From: the human T2T-CHM13v2.0 reference genome, Homo sapiens | Reading direction: 5' to 3' (one strand) | Assembly: GCF_009914755.1 (NCBI RefSeq) | Contig: NC_060929.1 | DNA length: 64,000 nt | Shown: positions 50,557 through 64,000 of the stretch, one piece after another | Layout: each line of letters begins with the position of its first letter | Position numbering within the stretch: the first letter of the stretch is position 1 | Translations under genes and position numbers: made by a program | The notes under the pieces: generated by a model | Seen by the model: the letters and a program-made list of their open reading frames with translations, nothing else | What the model was told of the DNA's origin: nothing | The model's database searches: none

Positions 50557-50884
50557 ATTTATATGTCCATTTGTTCGTCAATCTCTCAAACACTAAACAC
50601 CTGCATTGTGCATATCCTAGGCCTTGAAAGAATGCATAAAGTAGGGATAAAATATGGAAAAGGACATAAACTTAGAAATATGAATGTTTAACAGTGGGAT
50701 GAAGAAAAGGATCACTGAAAGAGGCTGTAAAAAAGCAGAAAGGGAGGAGATGAAACTAACAGTTTGTTAAAGTGAGAGCTAAAGTTATACAAGATTTCAT
50801 GAATGACAAGGTAATTGCCAGTATTTTCGTGCTTAGATCAGGTAATGATACTAACTGATGGTCATTGTCCCTCGGATTTCTTCT

Positions 50885-52440
50885 ATTTTTTATTGAGATA
50901 TAATTTACAATCAATAGAAAGAACAGACTCTAAGAGTATGTAGTTCAATGAAATTTGGCAAGTATATACAATTGTGTTACATACTTATCAAAATATGAAA
51001 TACTTCTGTCTTTCCCCAAAGTTCTTTCATGTTCCTTTCCAGTCAATTCCTCCCACACAAAGCTGAGCAGTGCTCAGATTTTTTTCACCATGATTGCTTT
51101 TGTCATTTCCTGTCTCCTGTCCTATCACATGCGTATTGGACCCTTGACACTGTGCCCTAACTCACTGTTTCAGTGGTTTCCTCTGTGTGCTTTAGACAGT
51201 TTTATTAGCTGATCTTATACAATATCCACTCTGCTGTTAAGCCCATGCATTTGAGATGTTTACTACAATTATATTATTTTTCAGTTTTAAAATTTCTACT
51301 TGTTGTTTTCTTTTCCTAGTTTGTATTTCTCTGTTGAGATTTCCCATCATTTCACATATTATCTGTTTTTAAAAAATCCTTGAATATATTTATATTAACT
51401 TTTTTTTTTTTTTTTTTTGAGACAGAGTCTCACTTTTTACCCAGGCTGGAGTGCAGTGGTGCAGTCTTGGCTCACTGCTAGCTCTGCCTCCTGGGTTCAC
51501 GCCATTCTCCTGCCTCAGCCTCCTAAGTAGCTAGGACTATAGGCACCTGCCACCACACCCGGCTAATTTTTTGTATTTTTAGTAGAGATGGGGTTTCACC
51601 GTGTTAGCCAGGATGGTCTCGATCCCCTGACCCTGTGATCCGCCTGCCTTGGTCTCTCAAAGTGTTGGGATTACAGGCGTGAGCCACCGCACCTTGCCTA
51701 TAATAACTATTTTAAAGTCACTGTGTGCTTATTCCAATATCTGGGTTATGCATGGGTTTGTTTTTATTCACTCAAATTCTCCTGGCTATGAGTTACATTG
51801 TAAAATTATTCTTTGTATATCTAGTAAATTTTTATTGAATTTTGCATATTGTGGATACTATATTTTTTACAGTGTAAATTATAATGTCTTCTTTTAAAAT
51901 GTTGAGATTTGCTCTAGCAGGCAGTCAATTTGCTGGCAGCTCAACTTGATCCTGTTGAGGCTTACTTTCAGGCTTTGTTACAATTGGTCTAGATCCCTTA
52001 CTTTAGGGGTAGACTTGACCTACCATTAATGACTTTCTAGGATCTCAATAGAATAATTGGGTTTTTCGGTGAGTAGTCTCACTCCAACCTGTTTAGCACT
52101 AAGTACTCTCTGCAATTCATCTCACAGTCCCTCAGTAAGTGGTTTCTCAAGCCTTGTGTATATATAGCACATTATTTGGCCAATGACTGAAGGGGACCCT
52201 TTTGCCGATGCCTGAGGTGCCTTCTCTATGTTGCTCTCTGCTTTCTAGTACTCTACAAATTCTGGCAACTTCGGTATTCCCGAACTCCCATCGCCTTTTT
52301 TTTTTTTTTTTTTTTTTTTTGTCTGCCTGGAAAGACCACTGCTTTCTGTTTGGACTCTAGTTCCATGTGCTGAAATGTGAAAAATATCCCCAGGCTGAAT
52401 TCTGGGGTGAATGTAAAGCAAATTAGGGGTGTTTCCCTTT
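50885..52440 (-). mobile_element. Old L1M fragments (3' end, then 5'-region-like sequence)
   Basis: 'ttttttattgagatataatttaca...gtagttcaatgaaatttggcaa'; 'ctgctgttaagcccat...tttttcagttttaaaatttcta'. Confidence 0.6.
51400..51698 (-). mobile_element. Alu SINE (AluY/Sc-like)
   Basis: Full dimer with poly(T); TSD TATA[T/A]TAACT. Confidence 0.97.
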
Positions 52441-52443
52441 TAT

Positions 52444-53089
52444 TATGGCTATCATTAAAAAGTCAAAAAATAACAGATGCTGGTGGGGTTGTGGAGAAAA
52501 AGAACACTTATCCACTGCTTGTGGGAATGTAAACTAGTTCAACCATTGTGGAAGACAGTGCAGCAATTCCTCAAAGACCTAAAGACAGAAATACCATTCG
52601 ACCCATTAATCCCATGCACATGTATGTTCATTGCAGCACTATTCACAATAGCAAAGACATGGAATCAACCCAAATGCCCATCGATGATAGACTGGATAAA
52701 GAAAATGTGGTACATATACACCATGGAATACTATGAAGCCATAAAAAATAATGCAATCATGTCCTTTGCAGAGACGTGGATAGAGCTGGAGGCAATTATC
52801 CTTAGCAAATTAACACAGGAACAGAAAACCAAATACCGCATGTTTTCACTTATAAGTGGGAACTAAATGATGAGAACACATGGACACATGGGGAACAACA
52901 TACACTGGGACCTATCAGAGGGTGGAGGGTGGGAGGAGGGAGTGGATCAGGAAAAATAACTAATGGATACTAGCCTTAATACCTGGGTGATGAAATAATC
53001 TGTACAGCCAACCCCATGACACAAGTTTACCTATGTTACAAGCCTGCACATCCTGCACATGTACTCCTGAATTTAAAAGTTAAAAAAAA
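52444..53089 (+). mobile_element. 5'-truncated L1PA (ORF2 end plus 3' UTR) with a small internal deletion near 52614
   Basis: ORF 52477-52866 is the L1 ORF2 C-terminus ([11 protein letters not shown]...EIPFDP...TWNQPKCPS) lacking the usual LLGIYPK..YYKD stretch. Confidence 0.94.
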
Positions 53090-54318
53090 TCAATTCCCTG
53101 GTATTGTCTGTCGTACAATGTCTCAAATCAGCTGATTTTTACATTTTGCCTAGATACACAAATGCCTATGGTGGGAAGATTATTCCCATATCCAATAATC
53201 TGTCCTAGCCAAGACCAGAAGTCCTGTCCATTGGTTTCTGTACTTGGAATGTTTTTGGTGACCTGAATAGTTTCAGCATCATGGAATGGCAAATGTCTGC
53301 TCTTCACCTTACTTCCTGACTTTATTTTTTCCTTACCCCAGGTCTCTGTAGTTTCTGAGAACCTTATGTAGATTTATTGTACTTAAATCTTATAAAACAC
53401 AGTACTTATTAGCTCTGTTTTTACATAGCTGTTGATGTTATTTGCATTAATTAATATATGATCCATATTAGCATATATTTCTCTAAGTCACAACTTTTTG
53501 GCTAACCAGATAGCATTTTTGGGTTACCTAGAGCAAAGGCAGATAAGAAACAAATAAATATGTTGGTGATGGATAGAGTCAGCCAATGCTAAATCTGAAA
53601 TTTGGGTCATTTTCATGGTCATCAAATCATTGCTTACATTTTTTTTTTCACTTGCAGATCATTTGGGGGTTTTCATGTGAACAATCTGTATTCACCAGTT
53701 GTTTTAGAGTCACACACACATAGCTTTAAGTTATGCATAACAGTGCACCCTGCCAAATGACTACACAGCTGGAGGGTTCACTGGGGGTAGCAGCTGGGTG
53801 AGGATCCTCAAAAGATGGGTATGTACTGAAGGAGTTCCCTCTTGCTTTTGTACCCGGAAGGCTCACTATTAACATCCTGAAAACACAAAGAAGAGATTAG
53901 AATTTATTGTTCATTTTCCCCCCATGGGGAAGCCATGTATGTTTATGCCCTAAAGATTGCACATTTGAAAGAATAAGCCACTTTCATTGTGGAATTAACC
54001 AAATTGACTATCTTCCCAGTTTGAATTCACTGTATAACTGTTAACCCACTTCACATTGTGCTTTAAAGTCTCAGCCAAAGGATTCTAAAGGCCTGAATTT
54101 CCAGGTTTTCTCGTCTGTAATACAAATACCAGTTAAAGACATAATATCATTTTATGCTTCTCTCAAAGGGCATGTAGCAAAGCTGGCTAGCACTACTGCA
54201 ACATTTTAATTACTGGTGCTTACCACAATTTGCAATAATTACAGTTCATTTTGTAAGCTGGTTCTTAATTGCAGACACTGCTAAAGTAACAATTGAATAA
54301 AAAATAAAGTGCACTTTC

Positions 54319-54345
54319 GTGTGTGTGTGTGTGTATGTATGTATA
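54319..54345. repeat. (TG)n/(TATG)n microsatellite
   Basis: gtgtgtgtgtgtgtgtatgtatgtat. Confidence 0.85.
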
Positions 54346-55294
54346 CATAAAATATGACTGAGAAAGATGTGAGCTTATAAAGAAATAAAAGAGGTTAGTG
54401 TCTTCTACTAGACCAATTATGAAAACAGAGATATTAAAAACAATTTTTAAACCAAAGACTTAGAACTAAATTTAATCATCAGGACAAGTTATTCCATCCT
54501 TTATGGTATTTTTTCTTTAGCATAATTCCTAAATTCTATGCTTGTTTATATTAAAGAAAGCTCAGTGAGTGAAATCTAGTACGGATATATGTAAACTCTC
54601 AATAAACTTCTATTCATTATCAGGTGGCAGGTCTCAAAGATAGAGATAACTCCTATATAAAAAGAATTTTGCTCTAAAAAGAAAAAAAATTCTGGAAAAC
54701 TCTGTTCTTGTTCATGTTTCACCTTAGTAAACACCATTTTACCCTATATCAATTTAGATAATGTGAGGGATAAGAACGTTTGGAGGGGGAAGAAGTGAAG
54801 GAGATCCTAAGAAAAGCTAAACTGAAGTGAAGGAAATGTTCAACCAGAGGGTACACACTCTTGATAAGAAAGCACCTTTGGTTCTAATTTGTTGAAATGA
54901 ACATGAAGATGGTAGCTCTCTTTCAAAAAATTGACTGTTCTCCTCACAAGTATTATAATTGTATTAACATGATGGATCTTTAGCAAATTAATAATGTTTA
55001 ATCTCCAGTATTCTTGAAGGGAACATTTTAAGTCAAAGAAATAAAACAAAACAAACAAAATAGCACCCTATTCCCCCTGAAAAGAGATCCTCTAAGTAGG
55101 TGGTTTTGATTAGAGCTAGCAGTAATTTCAAAAGTGATACATCTCTTAAAATGGAAAAGAAATTTCCCCAGATTAAAGCAACACTGTGATCCTTTTAAAA
55201 AAGAGGACATGTTGGCCCTTAGAAAGAAAAGAATGCTCTATTCACAGTTTGAATGTCTTGGCCCTTCATAGAGTATTAATAGTATGAATGAGGG

Positions 55295-55530
55295 AAGGTG
55301 ACCCAGTGATAAGGAGTAAGGCTGTGAAATCTTAACCACACTTTGCAGCTGTTTGATCATGGGTAAGTTAACTTATTTGTGCTTAAGATTTCTATTTGTT
55401 AAAATGAAATATTGTAATAGTTACCTCATAGTTGTTTTTTCTTTTTTTTTTTTTGGTAAGAATTAAATACGTTTATATGTATGAAGAACTTAACAGTGTT
55501 GCTCATAGTAAATGTGTAATAAGTCAAAAA
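55295..55530 (+). mobile_element. MIR SINE
   Basis: 'gggtaagttaactt...taaaatgaaat...atagttacctcatag...gaacttaacagtgttgctcatagtaa'. Confidence 0.7.
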
Positions 55531-55790
55531 GCAATGAAAGTGATCTAAAACAAGAAGGGGGAGTGAATAGCTTAGAACAGTAATACAGTCTGTCACTGTT
55601 TTCAAAGACCCTTTCTGTTCCTTGGAGTTGTAAAGTGCCAATTTTTCCCTAAAGTTAATTCAAACATTTACTCCTCCATGAAGCCTTTCTTGATTTCTGC
55701 AATCAGGGGTTCATTGCTCACATCATTCGTATTCCCACAGGATGTCATTACTTTCTGATGACACATATAGCAGTGTGCTATAATTAGTTT

Positions 55791-56232
55791 CAATATTATG
55801 CTGGTAACGTCTAACATACGTAATTTGAGGGGAAAAAAGTCCTAGATTCCCATGTTTGCCAAATTCCATGGTGTTAGTAATCAAACATGGCTGATTTCAA
55901 GTAACCACGGTGATATAACAAAATGTGGAACTGGAAAGAGATGTGCAGTAGGAAAATATTACACAGGATTTTAAGCATATAGAAATAATGGATGTAAATA
56001 AACTCAAAAGCATAGATAGTAGTAAAATAATAATGAATACTGCAGTAAAATAATGTTCAAGTGATGAATTTGAATATTTATTACCTGTATTTTTAATATA
56101 AATTATTTAATTTTAAGTTTACACAATTTAATTTTTTAGTTATGTCAATGTTTAACAACCAGCTTGCAAAATTCCTGGATTGTTAGTAGTTGGTTCTCAT
56201 GAGCAGATACAAAATGGCTACAGTTTACTACT
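55791..56232. mobile_element. hAT-Blackjack DNA transposon, MER63B-like, inserted in L2
   Basis: 'tgctggtaacg...catggctgatttcaagtaacc...ggaaagagatgtgcagtag...gcatagatagtagtaaaat...gtttaacaaccagcttgcaaaattcctg'. Confidence 0.8.
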
Positions 56233-56654
56233 GTAATTTTTTTGTCAGCGCGTATTTTTCTGCCAAAGATTGGGTATCCTTCAAAGATAAGGGCTGTGTA
56301 TTCATCATTTATTTATTTAAAGTGCCTAATATGACACCTGGCATTTGGGGGGGTAAATTAATGCCAATTGAATAAATGAGTGAAGAAAAAGTTAATAAAC
56401 AGGCATTGCAGGGAATAGTATGAATGGACAGAAACACAACTTCACTGGACTGCTGTCCCTTCTAATTAAGGAATTCTGGAAACCTCAGAATTCATACATA
56501 CCTTGCTCCACAAAGATGATAAAAAGATTTTTAAAATAAACAAATAAATCACATTGCCACATACATGACTCATAGAGATATTTCCCCAGATATATCCATG
56601 ACTCTTAAAGATTTAATCTCTCTGTGTGGAAAACATACTGAGCTCTATCATTAT

Positions 56655-56880
56655 TAGTGATAATAATGACCATTTATTGAGTATTATGTGCCAGTCATTA
56701 AGTTTTCTTCTTATATTATTTGATCCTCATAGCAACACTATGAAGTAAATTTTATTATTATCCCCATTTTATAGATGAATACACCAAGACTTAGAGAAAC
56801 CAAGAAACTTGGCCAATATTTCAAAACCGGAATTAATTACAGACAGATTTTTATTCTGATCTATTTGATTTTAGAGTCTT
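56655..56880 (-). mobile_element. MIR SINE
   Basis: 'accatttattgagtattatgtgccag...ttgatcctcatagcaacactatgaag...atccccattttatagatga'. Confidence 0.88.
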
Positions 56881-59481
56881 TTCATTCCTAAGGGACAGAG
56901 TTTGGGGAAAGTTTAACCTTCTCAATCTATAGTAAAAGACATTTATTGCCTTAATAAACTCCTTAGTTACATACGCCCATATTTTATTTCTAAAGCATTC
57001 AGAGACTTTTGTTTAACATACTGTTATACTTCCTCTGGGCAGAACTTTGCTTTAATAATGCCAGACTTGGCAATAACACCAGCATATTGAATATTACTGT
57101 CATTCTCCAATTCATCAGTTATTTTCCAGTTATTGATTCCTGATAATAGCCTTTTTCATCCTTAAGCCAAAAAGTAGTTCTAAATATGCTGATAAGAAGA
57201 AAAATCTCTGTTGCTTTCATCAAGAAATCTTCCTAAGGATTTTGTTTATTTTGTCTGGTTTTTGAAGGCTTGGTTAATAAAGACTGCTCACATGTTGAAT
57301 TTGCTAATATTTTTCACAAAAATAGTAAATAAACCAATTAATAATATTCACAATAGTTCAGGAAAATAATCTTTAATGATATGGCAAAAGATGACTCAGC
57401 TTCCCACTCCTTAAGAAGGAAGCAGCTGAATTGTATAATTGAATACCAAAATAGAGTCATGGATCAGGGAGGTAAAATATGAATACTTTTCAACAATTTG
57501 ATGAAAAATAGGCCTAACACAGAGTTTTGAAGAAATTGCTTATCAATCTGTCAAAATGATATTTTTCTTAGTATTATAAACATGACTGCCTGCTGAGTTA
57601 AGGACACAAGGCTAAAATTAGCAAGATAACAAATATGGTTGGATCTTCCTAATTGAAAGAATTGCCATAATAACAATGGGGAATCTATTGTATATTGGCT
57701 TCTATACTGCCACACAACTGGTTTTGCCCCTGACAAATGTGAAATAGCATTATACCTTGTAGTGGCAAGTAAACTGCCTTGCTTAAAGTAGCTGTTCTAT
57801 AAATATTTCTTGAATTACATAACTAAATTGGATCTGGGTTTTTAGAAATAGCTTATATTTATAGTAAAGAATCTTATATTAAGGATCTTATATTAAAATG
57901 AAGAGCAAACTTACCACAGCTTAAATAAAATTCCAGTTTGGCACATTTTAGCATTGCATAGTTCCATATATAACAGGTCATAAAGTTGGTTTCAAAACTT
58001 AACCATGGTTTTTGATTCTGAGCAACACATAGTAAGCACACTTCATCCTTATCTATCATTGAATACAGCTATTAATTTTTGAGAGAATGCATGGAGTAGC
58101 TATCTAAGGACTATGAAAAGTAAACAGCAGACAAATTGGAGAATACCAAAATTTGGAATCAACCACTAGTGGTGAGTTTACCATGCATGTTTTTCCCCTC
58201 CAGTAACTCCCTGACCTTGACCCAACACATTCTGAAACTTGGAAGTGGGCATTAGCATGGATAGAGAAAGCTCCAAGAGAAACTCTCTGGTTCAGACTTG
58301 TGGGATAGGAGTATCCTGTTAGCAACAGTGTCACAAGGGACATGCTTTACTGCTCTGAGGGAGGATAACCTTCCTCTCCAGCCACAGGAGCTGTAGTTTC
58401 AAGGGGGATGGGCAAATCTCTGTTTCTTTTTTATCTCTCTGCCCTCCTGCTGCTTGACCCTCGATGAAGCTGCAGTAATAGAAAGTGCACAATGGAGAAG
58501 GATCATGAAATCTTCAGCTTTCTGGACAGAAATTACTGGGGACATCAATGGAGAGAGAGAAATTTGGGAAGACAACACATGAAGTTGCTTACAAACTCTT
58601 GGCCTCACCCCTGAGCTTTGTATACATGAATCTTACCCTATATATTATACTAAGAACTCTGGAAACAGAAATAAGACATAGAGCAACACCAAAATCTCAG
58701 ACTGACCACTGGGTGTAGCAAATATAGAAAGATATAAACAACATTTCAAAGACTTTGAAAATGGAACTGACACTAAAACCACAACCCTCAAAAGGCTAGG
58801 CAGAACTTGGGGCCTGAATTCACTAAGTTGACTGCCTGCTAAACTAAATATCAACATTCTTCTTAGGACTTAACCAAGACCCAGACAATCATAACATAAT
58901 ATTTAAAATGTCTAGAACACAATTCAAAATTTCTCAGCATAGGAAGAACCAGGAAAATATTTAATGTCATGGGAGAAGATAATTAGCATGTACCAACACC
59001 CAGATGACACAGAAATCAGAATAATCTGACAAGGACTTTAAAATAGCTATTAGAAAAATAATACAAGAAGTAAAGGCAAACACTCTTTTTGAAATGAATA
59101 GGATGATAGAAATTATCAACAGTCATAGATCAAAATAATAATAAAATATATTTTACAACTAAAAATTAAAATATGGGAATAAGAAAAACCTCATTATTAT
59201 TGAAAAGGTTCAATAGCAGAATAGAGATGACAAAGTAGAAGATAACTGAACTTGAAGATAGATAATTAGAAATTATCCATTTCAAACAGTAAAGAGAAAA
59301 TTAATTGGAAAATAAATGAACCTAATCCCACAGACCTGTGGGACAATACCAAAAGTTTTAACATTCATGTCATCGGAGTTCTAGAAGGAGAAGCAGAAGA
59401 GTGTGATGAGAAGAAATATTTGAAAAATATAATGGCCAAAAGCATCTCAAGTTTGGTAAAACATAAAAATCAACAGCTTTA

Positions 59482-59896
<415 letters not shown>

Positions 59897-60353
59897 TCAG
59901 TCAGAGAAAAATGATGTACTACTTGGAGCAGAATGATGATTTGAATGATTGTGAAAATCTCATCTGAATCCATGGTGGCTAGGGGAAGTGTAAATGCTAA
60001 AAAGAAAAGAACTATCACCCTAGAATTCTGTATCCCATGAAAATATTCTTCAAGAATTAAGATGAAATAAAGACATCTAAAGTGGAGGGAAACTAAGATA
60101 ATTCATTATCTGAAGGCCTGCTCTAAAATAATTGTGAAAAGAAATTCTTCACAAAGAGGGAAAATTTGATCAGAAGCAAAAAACAACTTGAAAAAAGATA
60201 AAGAAACAGAAATGATAAAGATATCAATAAATATAATAGACTATATATACCTCTTCAGTTTTAAAATACTTTTCACAGTTGAAAGAAAAATTAAAACATT
60301 TTTGAAAAGGTTCTCAATGTTTGTAGGTATAATATATAAGTCAATATAACATA

Positions 60354-60484
60354 GGCTGGACGTGGTGGCTCATGCCTATGATCCCAGCACTTTGGGAGGC
60401 TGAGGCAGGCAGATCACTTGAAGTCAAGAGTTTGAAACTAGCTTGGCCAACATGGCGAAACCACATGTCTACAAAAAATACAAA
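60354..60484 (+). mobile_element. Alu left monomer only
   Basis: GGCTGGACGTGGTGGCTCATGCC to the A5TACA linker; no right arm. Confidence 0.92.
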
Positions 60485-60511
60485 TATATATATTGAGTAA
60501 AAAAAAATATA

Positions 60512-61120
60512 CTCAAACTGAAACACTGGCTCTTCCTGGCTCTAGAGCTTGTCAGCTTTCTAAATGGAACTACACCATTGTTTCTTCTAGTCCTCAGGCA
60601 TCAAGACTTGAACTGCAACTACACCATTAGTATATTAGTCAGCTCAAGCTACTATAACAAAATACCATAGACTGTGTGGCTTAAACAATAGTAACTTATT
60701 TCTCACAATTCTGGAGGCAGCAATGTCCAAGATCAAGGTGCCAACTGATTTTGTTCCCCGGTGAGAGCTCCCTTCCTGGCTTGTAGATGGTGGCTGTCTT
60801 CTTGTGTTCTCATATGGTAGAGAGAGAAAAAGAGAAAAGAAGCAAGCTCTATGATCTTTCTTCTTATAACAGTACTAATGCCATCATAAGGGCCCATCCT
60901 CATGAGCTTATCTAACCCTAATTACTTTACAAAGGCCCCATTTCCAAATAGCATCACATTGAGGGTTAGGGATTGAACACATGAATTTGAGGAGATGCAA
61001 CTCAGTCCATTCCATAGAAATCAGTTTTCCTGTTTATTAGACCTTTGAATTTGGACTGGGACTACACCAATAGCTCTTGAGGGTCTCCAGCTTGCTGACT
61101 GCAGATCTTGGACTTGTCTC
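60512..61120 (+). mobile_element. MLT2-like ERVL LTR fragment split by MLT1A
   Basis: Repeated 'actacacca' units; 'gggtctccagcttgctgactgcagatcttggactt'. Confidence 0.7.
60631..61013 (-). mobile_element. MaLR LTR, MLT1A-like
   Basis: 'gctactataacaaaataccatagactg...ttatttctcacaattctggagg...ccaagatcaaggtgcc...gggttaggg...catgaatttgagg'. Confidence 0.88.
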
Positions 61121-61223
61121 CACAGAAGATAAGTACATCCTGTTTGTTCTGGATGTGTTTTTCACAAGAAACTTACTTCAAATTAAGGATATATTTAGAT
61201 TTTAAAGTAAAAGAATGGAAGAG

Positions 61224-61517
61224 AGCAGGGCACTTTGGTTCACACCTATAATCCCAGCACTTTGGGAGGCCGAAGGGGGAGGATCATGAGGTCAGCAGTT
61301 TGAGACCAGCCTGGCCAACATGGTGAAACCCTGTCTCTCCTAAAAATACAAAAATTAGCCAGGCGTGGTGGCAGGTGCCTGTAATCCCAGCTACTTGGGA
61401 GGCTAACGCAGGAGAATTGCTTGAACCTGGGAGATGGAAGTTTCAGTGAGCCGAGACTGTGCCATTGCACTCCAACCTGGGTGACAGAGCAAGACTTCAT
61501 GTCAAAAAAAAAAAAAA
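61224..61517 (+). mobile_element. AluS SINE
   Basis: Full dimer with poly(A); TSD-like AAAA[G/A]AATGGAA. Confidence 0.95.
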
Positions 61518-61707
61518 TGGAAAAAATATAACATATAGATGTCAATCAAAAGAAAACTAGATAGAGTGATTATATTAACATCACAGATAATAAAATTCAG
61601 GACAAATATAATTACCAAGGATAAACATAAGCATTGCATAATGAAAAAAAGAGTTAATTCTCCAAGAAGATGTACTAATTCAAAATGTGTAGGCACACAC
61701 AAGAGTT

Positions 61708-61769
61708 CTGAAATTCAGGAAGCAAAAACTGAAATTCAGGAAGCAAAAATTCAGGAAGACAAAACTGAA
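61708..61769. repeat. Short tandem repeat, ~21-bp unit, about 3 copies
   Basis: ctgaaattcaggaagcaaaaa x2 plus attcaggaagacaaaactgaa. Confidence 0.85.
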
Positions 61770-61947
61770 CTGAGAAATAGGTAAGTTCACTATTACAGTT
61801 GGACACTTCAATATTCCTTCTTTTTGGTAATCAATAGAACTATCAGACAGAATATCAGTGAGAATGTAGGGTAACTGAATAGCACCATAAACCAATTAAA
61901 TCTGATAAATATTTATACACTACTCTAACAACAACAAAAGAATACAC

Positions 61948-62254
61948 TTTTTTTTTTTTTTGGAAAGAGTCTTGCTTTATCACTCAGGCTGAAGTTCAGT
62001 GGCCTGATCATAGCTCACTGGAGACTTGAAATACTGGGCTCAAATAATTCTCTTTCCTTAGCCTTCCAAGTAGATATGGTACCCGCCACCATGATAGGCT
62101 AATTTAAAATTTTTTATTATTATTATTATTATTTGTAGCGATGGGGTCTTGTTTTATTGCCCAGCCCGCTCTCAAACTTCCTGGACTCAAGAAATCCTCC
62201 CACCTTGGCATCCCAAAACACTGGGATTACAGCTGTAATTCACTGTGCCTTGAC
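61948..62254 (-). mobile_element. AluJ SINE
   Basis: 'gatcatagctcactg', diverged dimer; TSD AGAATACA. Confidence 0.92.
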
Positions 62255-64000
62255 AGAATACATAATCCTTTTACATGTATATGGAATATTCACCAAAATA
62301 AATCATATAATGTGTTATAAAATAAACTTTAACACATTAAAAGAATTTAAATCATGCAGAGTATGTTCTCTGACTTTAATGGAGTTAAATTAGAAATTAA
62401 TGGAAGAAAGAAAAGGAACATCTTCAAACACTTGGAGATGAGTCAAAGATAAGCTCTCAAAGCATATATGGAAATATTTTAGCCCTAATAAAAATTAAAA
62501 TACTACATATCAAAATTTGAACTCTGTAGCAAAAGCAGTGCTTAGAGGCATACTTATATCATTGTGCTTATATCAGAATAAAATACATGTCTCAAATCAA
62601 CAATCAAGATTTTCATCCAAAGAAACTGGAAAAAAGTTAACCCACAACAAGAATAAGGAAGGGTTAATAATAAGAGCAGGAACAAATTTGAGAACATAAA
62701 AAAATTGAGAAAATTAATGACACTCTAAGCTTATTTTTTAAAAAGAATAATAAAAGTAACAAACCATTCACCAAACAGATCAAATAAAACAAAATATGAC
62801 AAAAGTTGTGATTATTAGAAATGAAAAGTTGGCTATCACTACAGAGCCTGTATTACTGTATCAATAATAACAATTATATTATTCTAAGGAAATATACAAA
62901 CAGCTCTCTGTATATAAGTTAACTAATCTAGATTAAGTGAAACAATTGCTTGCAAAGCATTTCTCTTATGATTGGAACGGATTTGTATATTCAAAGTTCA
63001 CTCAAACTGATATAACATAAGTACTCATATAGCTACTTTTAAAAAATTGAATTCATGGTTAAACTTTTCTGAAAAAGAACTTTCTAGGCCCAGATGGTTT
63101 TACTGGCAAAATCTAGCAAACATTTAAAAGAGAAATAATGCCAATTTTATGAAATTCTTTTCTAAAATAAAAGGAAGGAAACACTTCCCAACTGATTGTA
63201 TGATTGGAAAATTACCCCAATAACAAAACCAGATTGAGAAAGAACAAAGGGAGAAAAAGTACAGATACATACTTTTTGTGATCAAGGAAGCAAACATCCT
63301 CTACAGATGTCAATAAATTATATACATCATGGCCAAATTGGGGTTTATTGTGAGAATGCAAGGTTAATTCATCACTCAAAAATCACTGTAACCCACCATT
63401 TAACAGTCTAAAGAAGAAAAACCACATGATTTTATCAATTAATGAAAAAATGAATTTGACAAAATTCGACTTCATTCATGATAAAAAACCAATCAACCAA
63501 TCGACCAACCAACCCACCCCTCTGGGCAAACTAGAAATAGAAGAAAACTTTCTCAACCTAATAAGTACATTAACAAGAATACTAAAGGTGACATCATACT
63601 TAACAGTGAAAGATTTAACATTTTCTCCCTAAGTTTGGGAAGAAGAAAGGATGTCCATGTTTACTACTTCTATTTAACATTATATTAAGAACTCAACTCA
63701 AGGCAATAAAGCCAGAAACAGAAATGAAAGATACACAGAATGGAGAGGAAGAAATAACTGTTCCTGTTCACAGATGACGTGATTGTTGACATGGAAAATT
63801 TTAAGAAATCTGTAAAAAACTTCTAGAAATAGTAAATGAGTTTCAAGGGTACAAATACAAGGTCAACATATGAAAATTTATTGCATTTCTGTATACTATT
63901 GAACAACTGGGAAATAATTTTTACTATTTATAATAATTCCTTTCCAACTTTATATGCATACTTAGGTATAAATCTAACAAAACATGTACAAGATTTGTAT

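Overview
AT-rich primate (human or great-ape-like) genomic DNA, judged from AluJ/S/Y, L1PA/L1PB/L1M, MIR, L2, MaLR/ERVL LTR and hAT MER elements. It looks intronic or intergenic. I recognise no protein-coding gene, RNA gene, CRISPR array or new multi-gene system. The longer ORFs are Alu, L1 or simple-repeat artefacts. The most interesting signals are structural. (1) A ~105-bp-arm fold-back inverted duplication of target-site DNA is embedded in a truncated L1 (21150-21371). (2) A twin-primed L1 appears to carry a ~25-nt 3' transduction (35891-37102). (3) A ~70-bp-arm inverted repeat has a (CCCTAA)n tract as its loop (37884-38064). (4) A palindromic-unit minisatellite sits in an L1PB, with a displaced duplicate (14790-16130). 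(5) There is a 77-bp dispersed local duplication. (6) Several candidate exons and CpG-retaining regulatory patches could belong to an unidentified, probably non-coding, transcript. Repeat subfamily names come from remembered consensus sequences, boundaries of old repeats are approximate, and both need RepeatMasker/Dfam confirmation.
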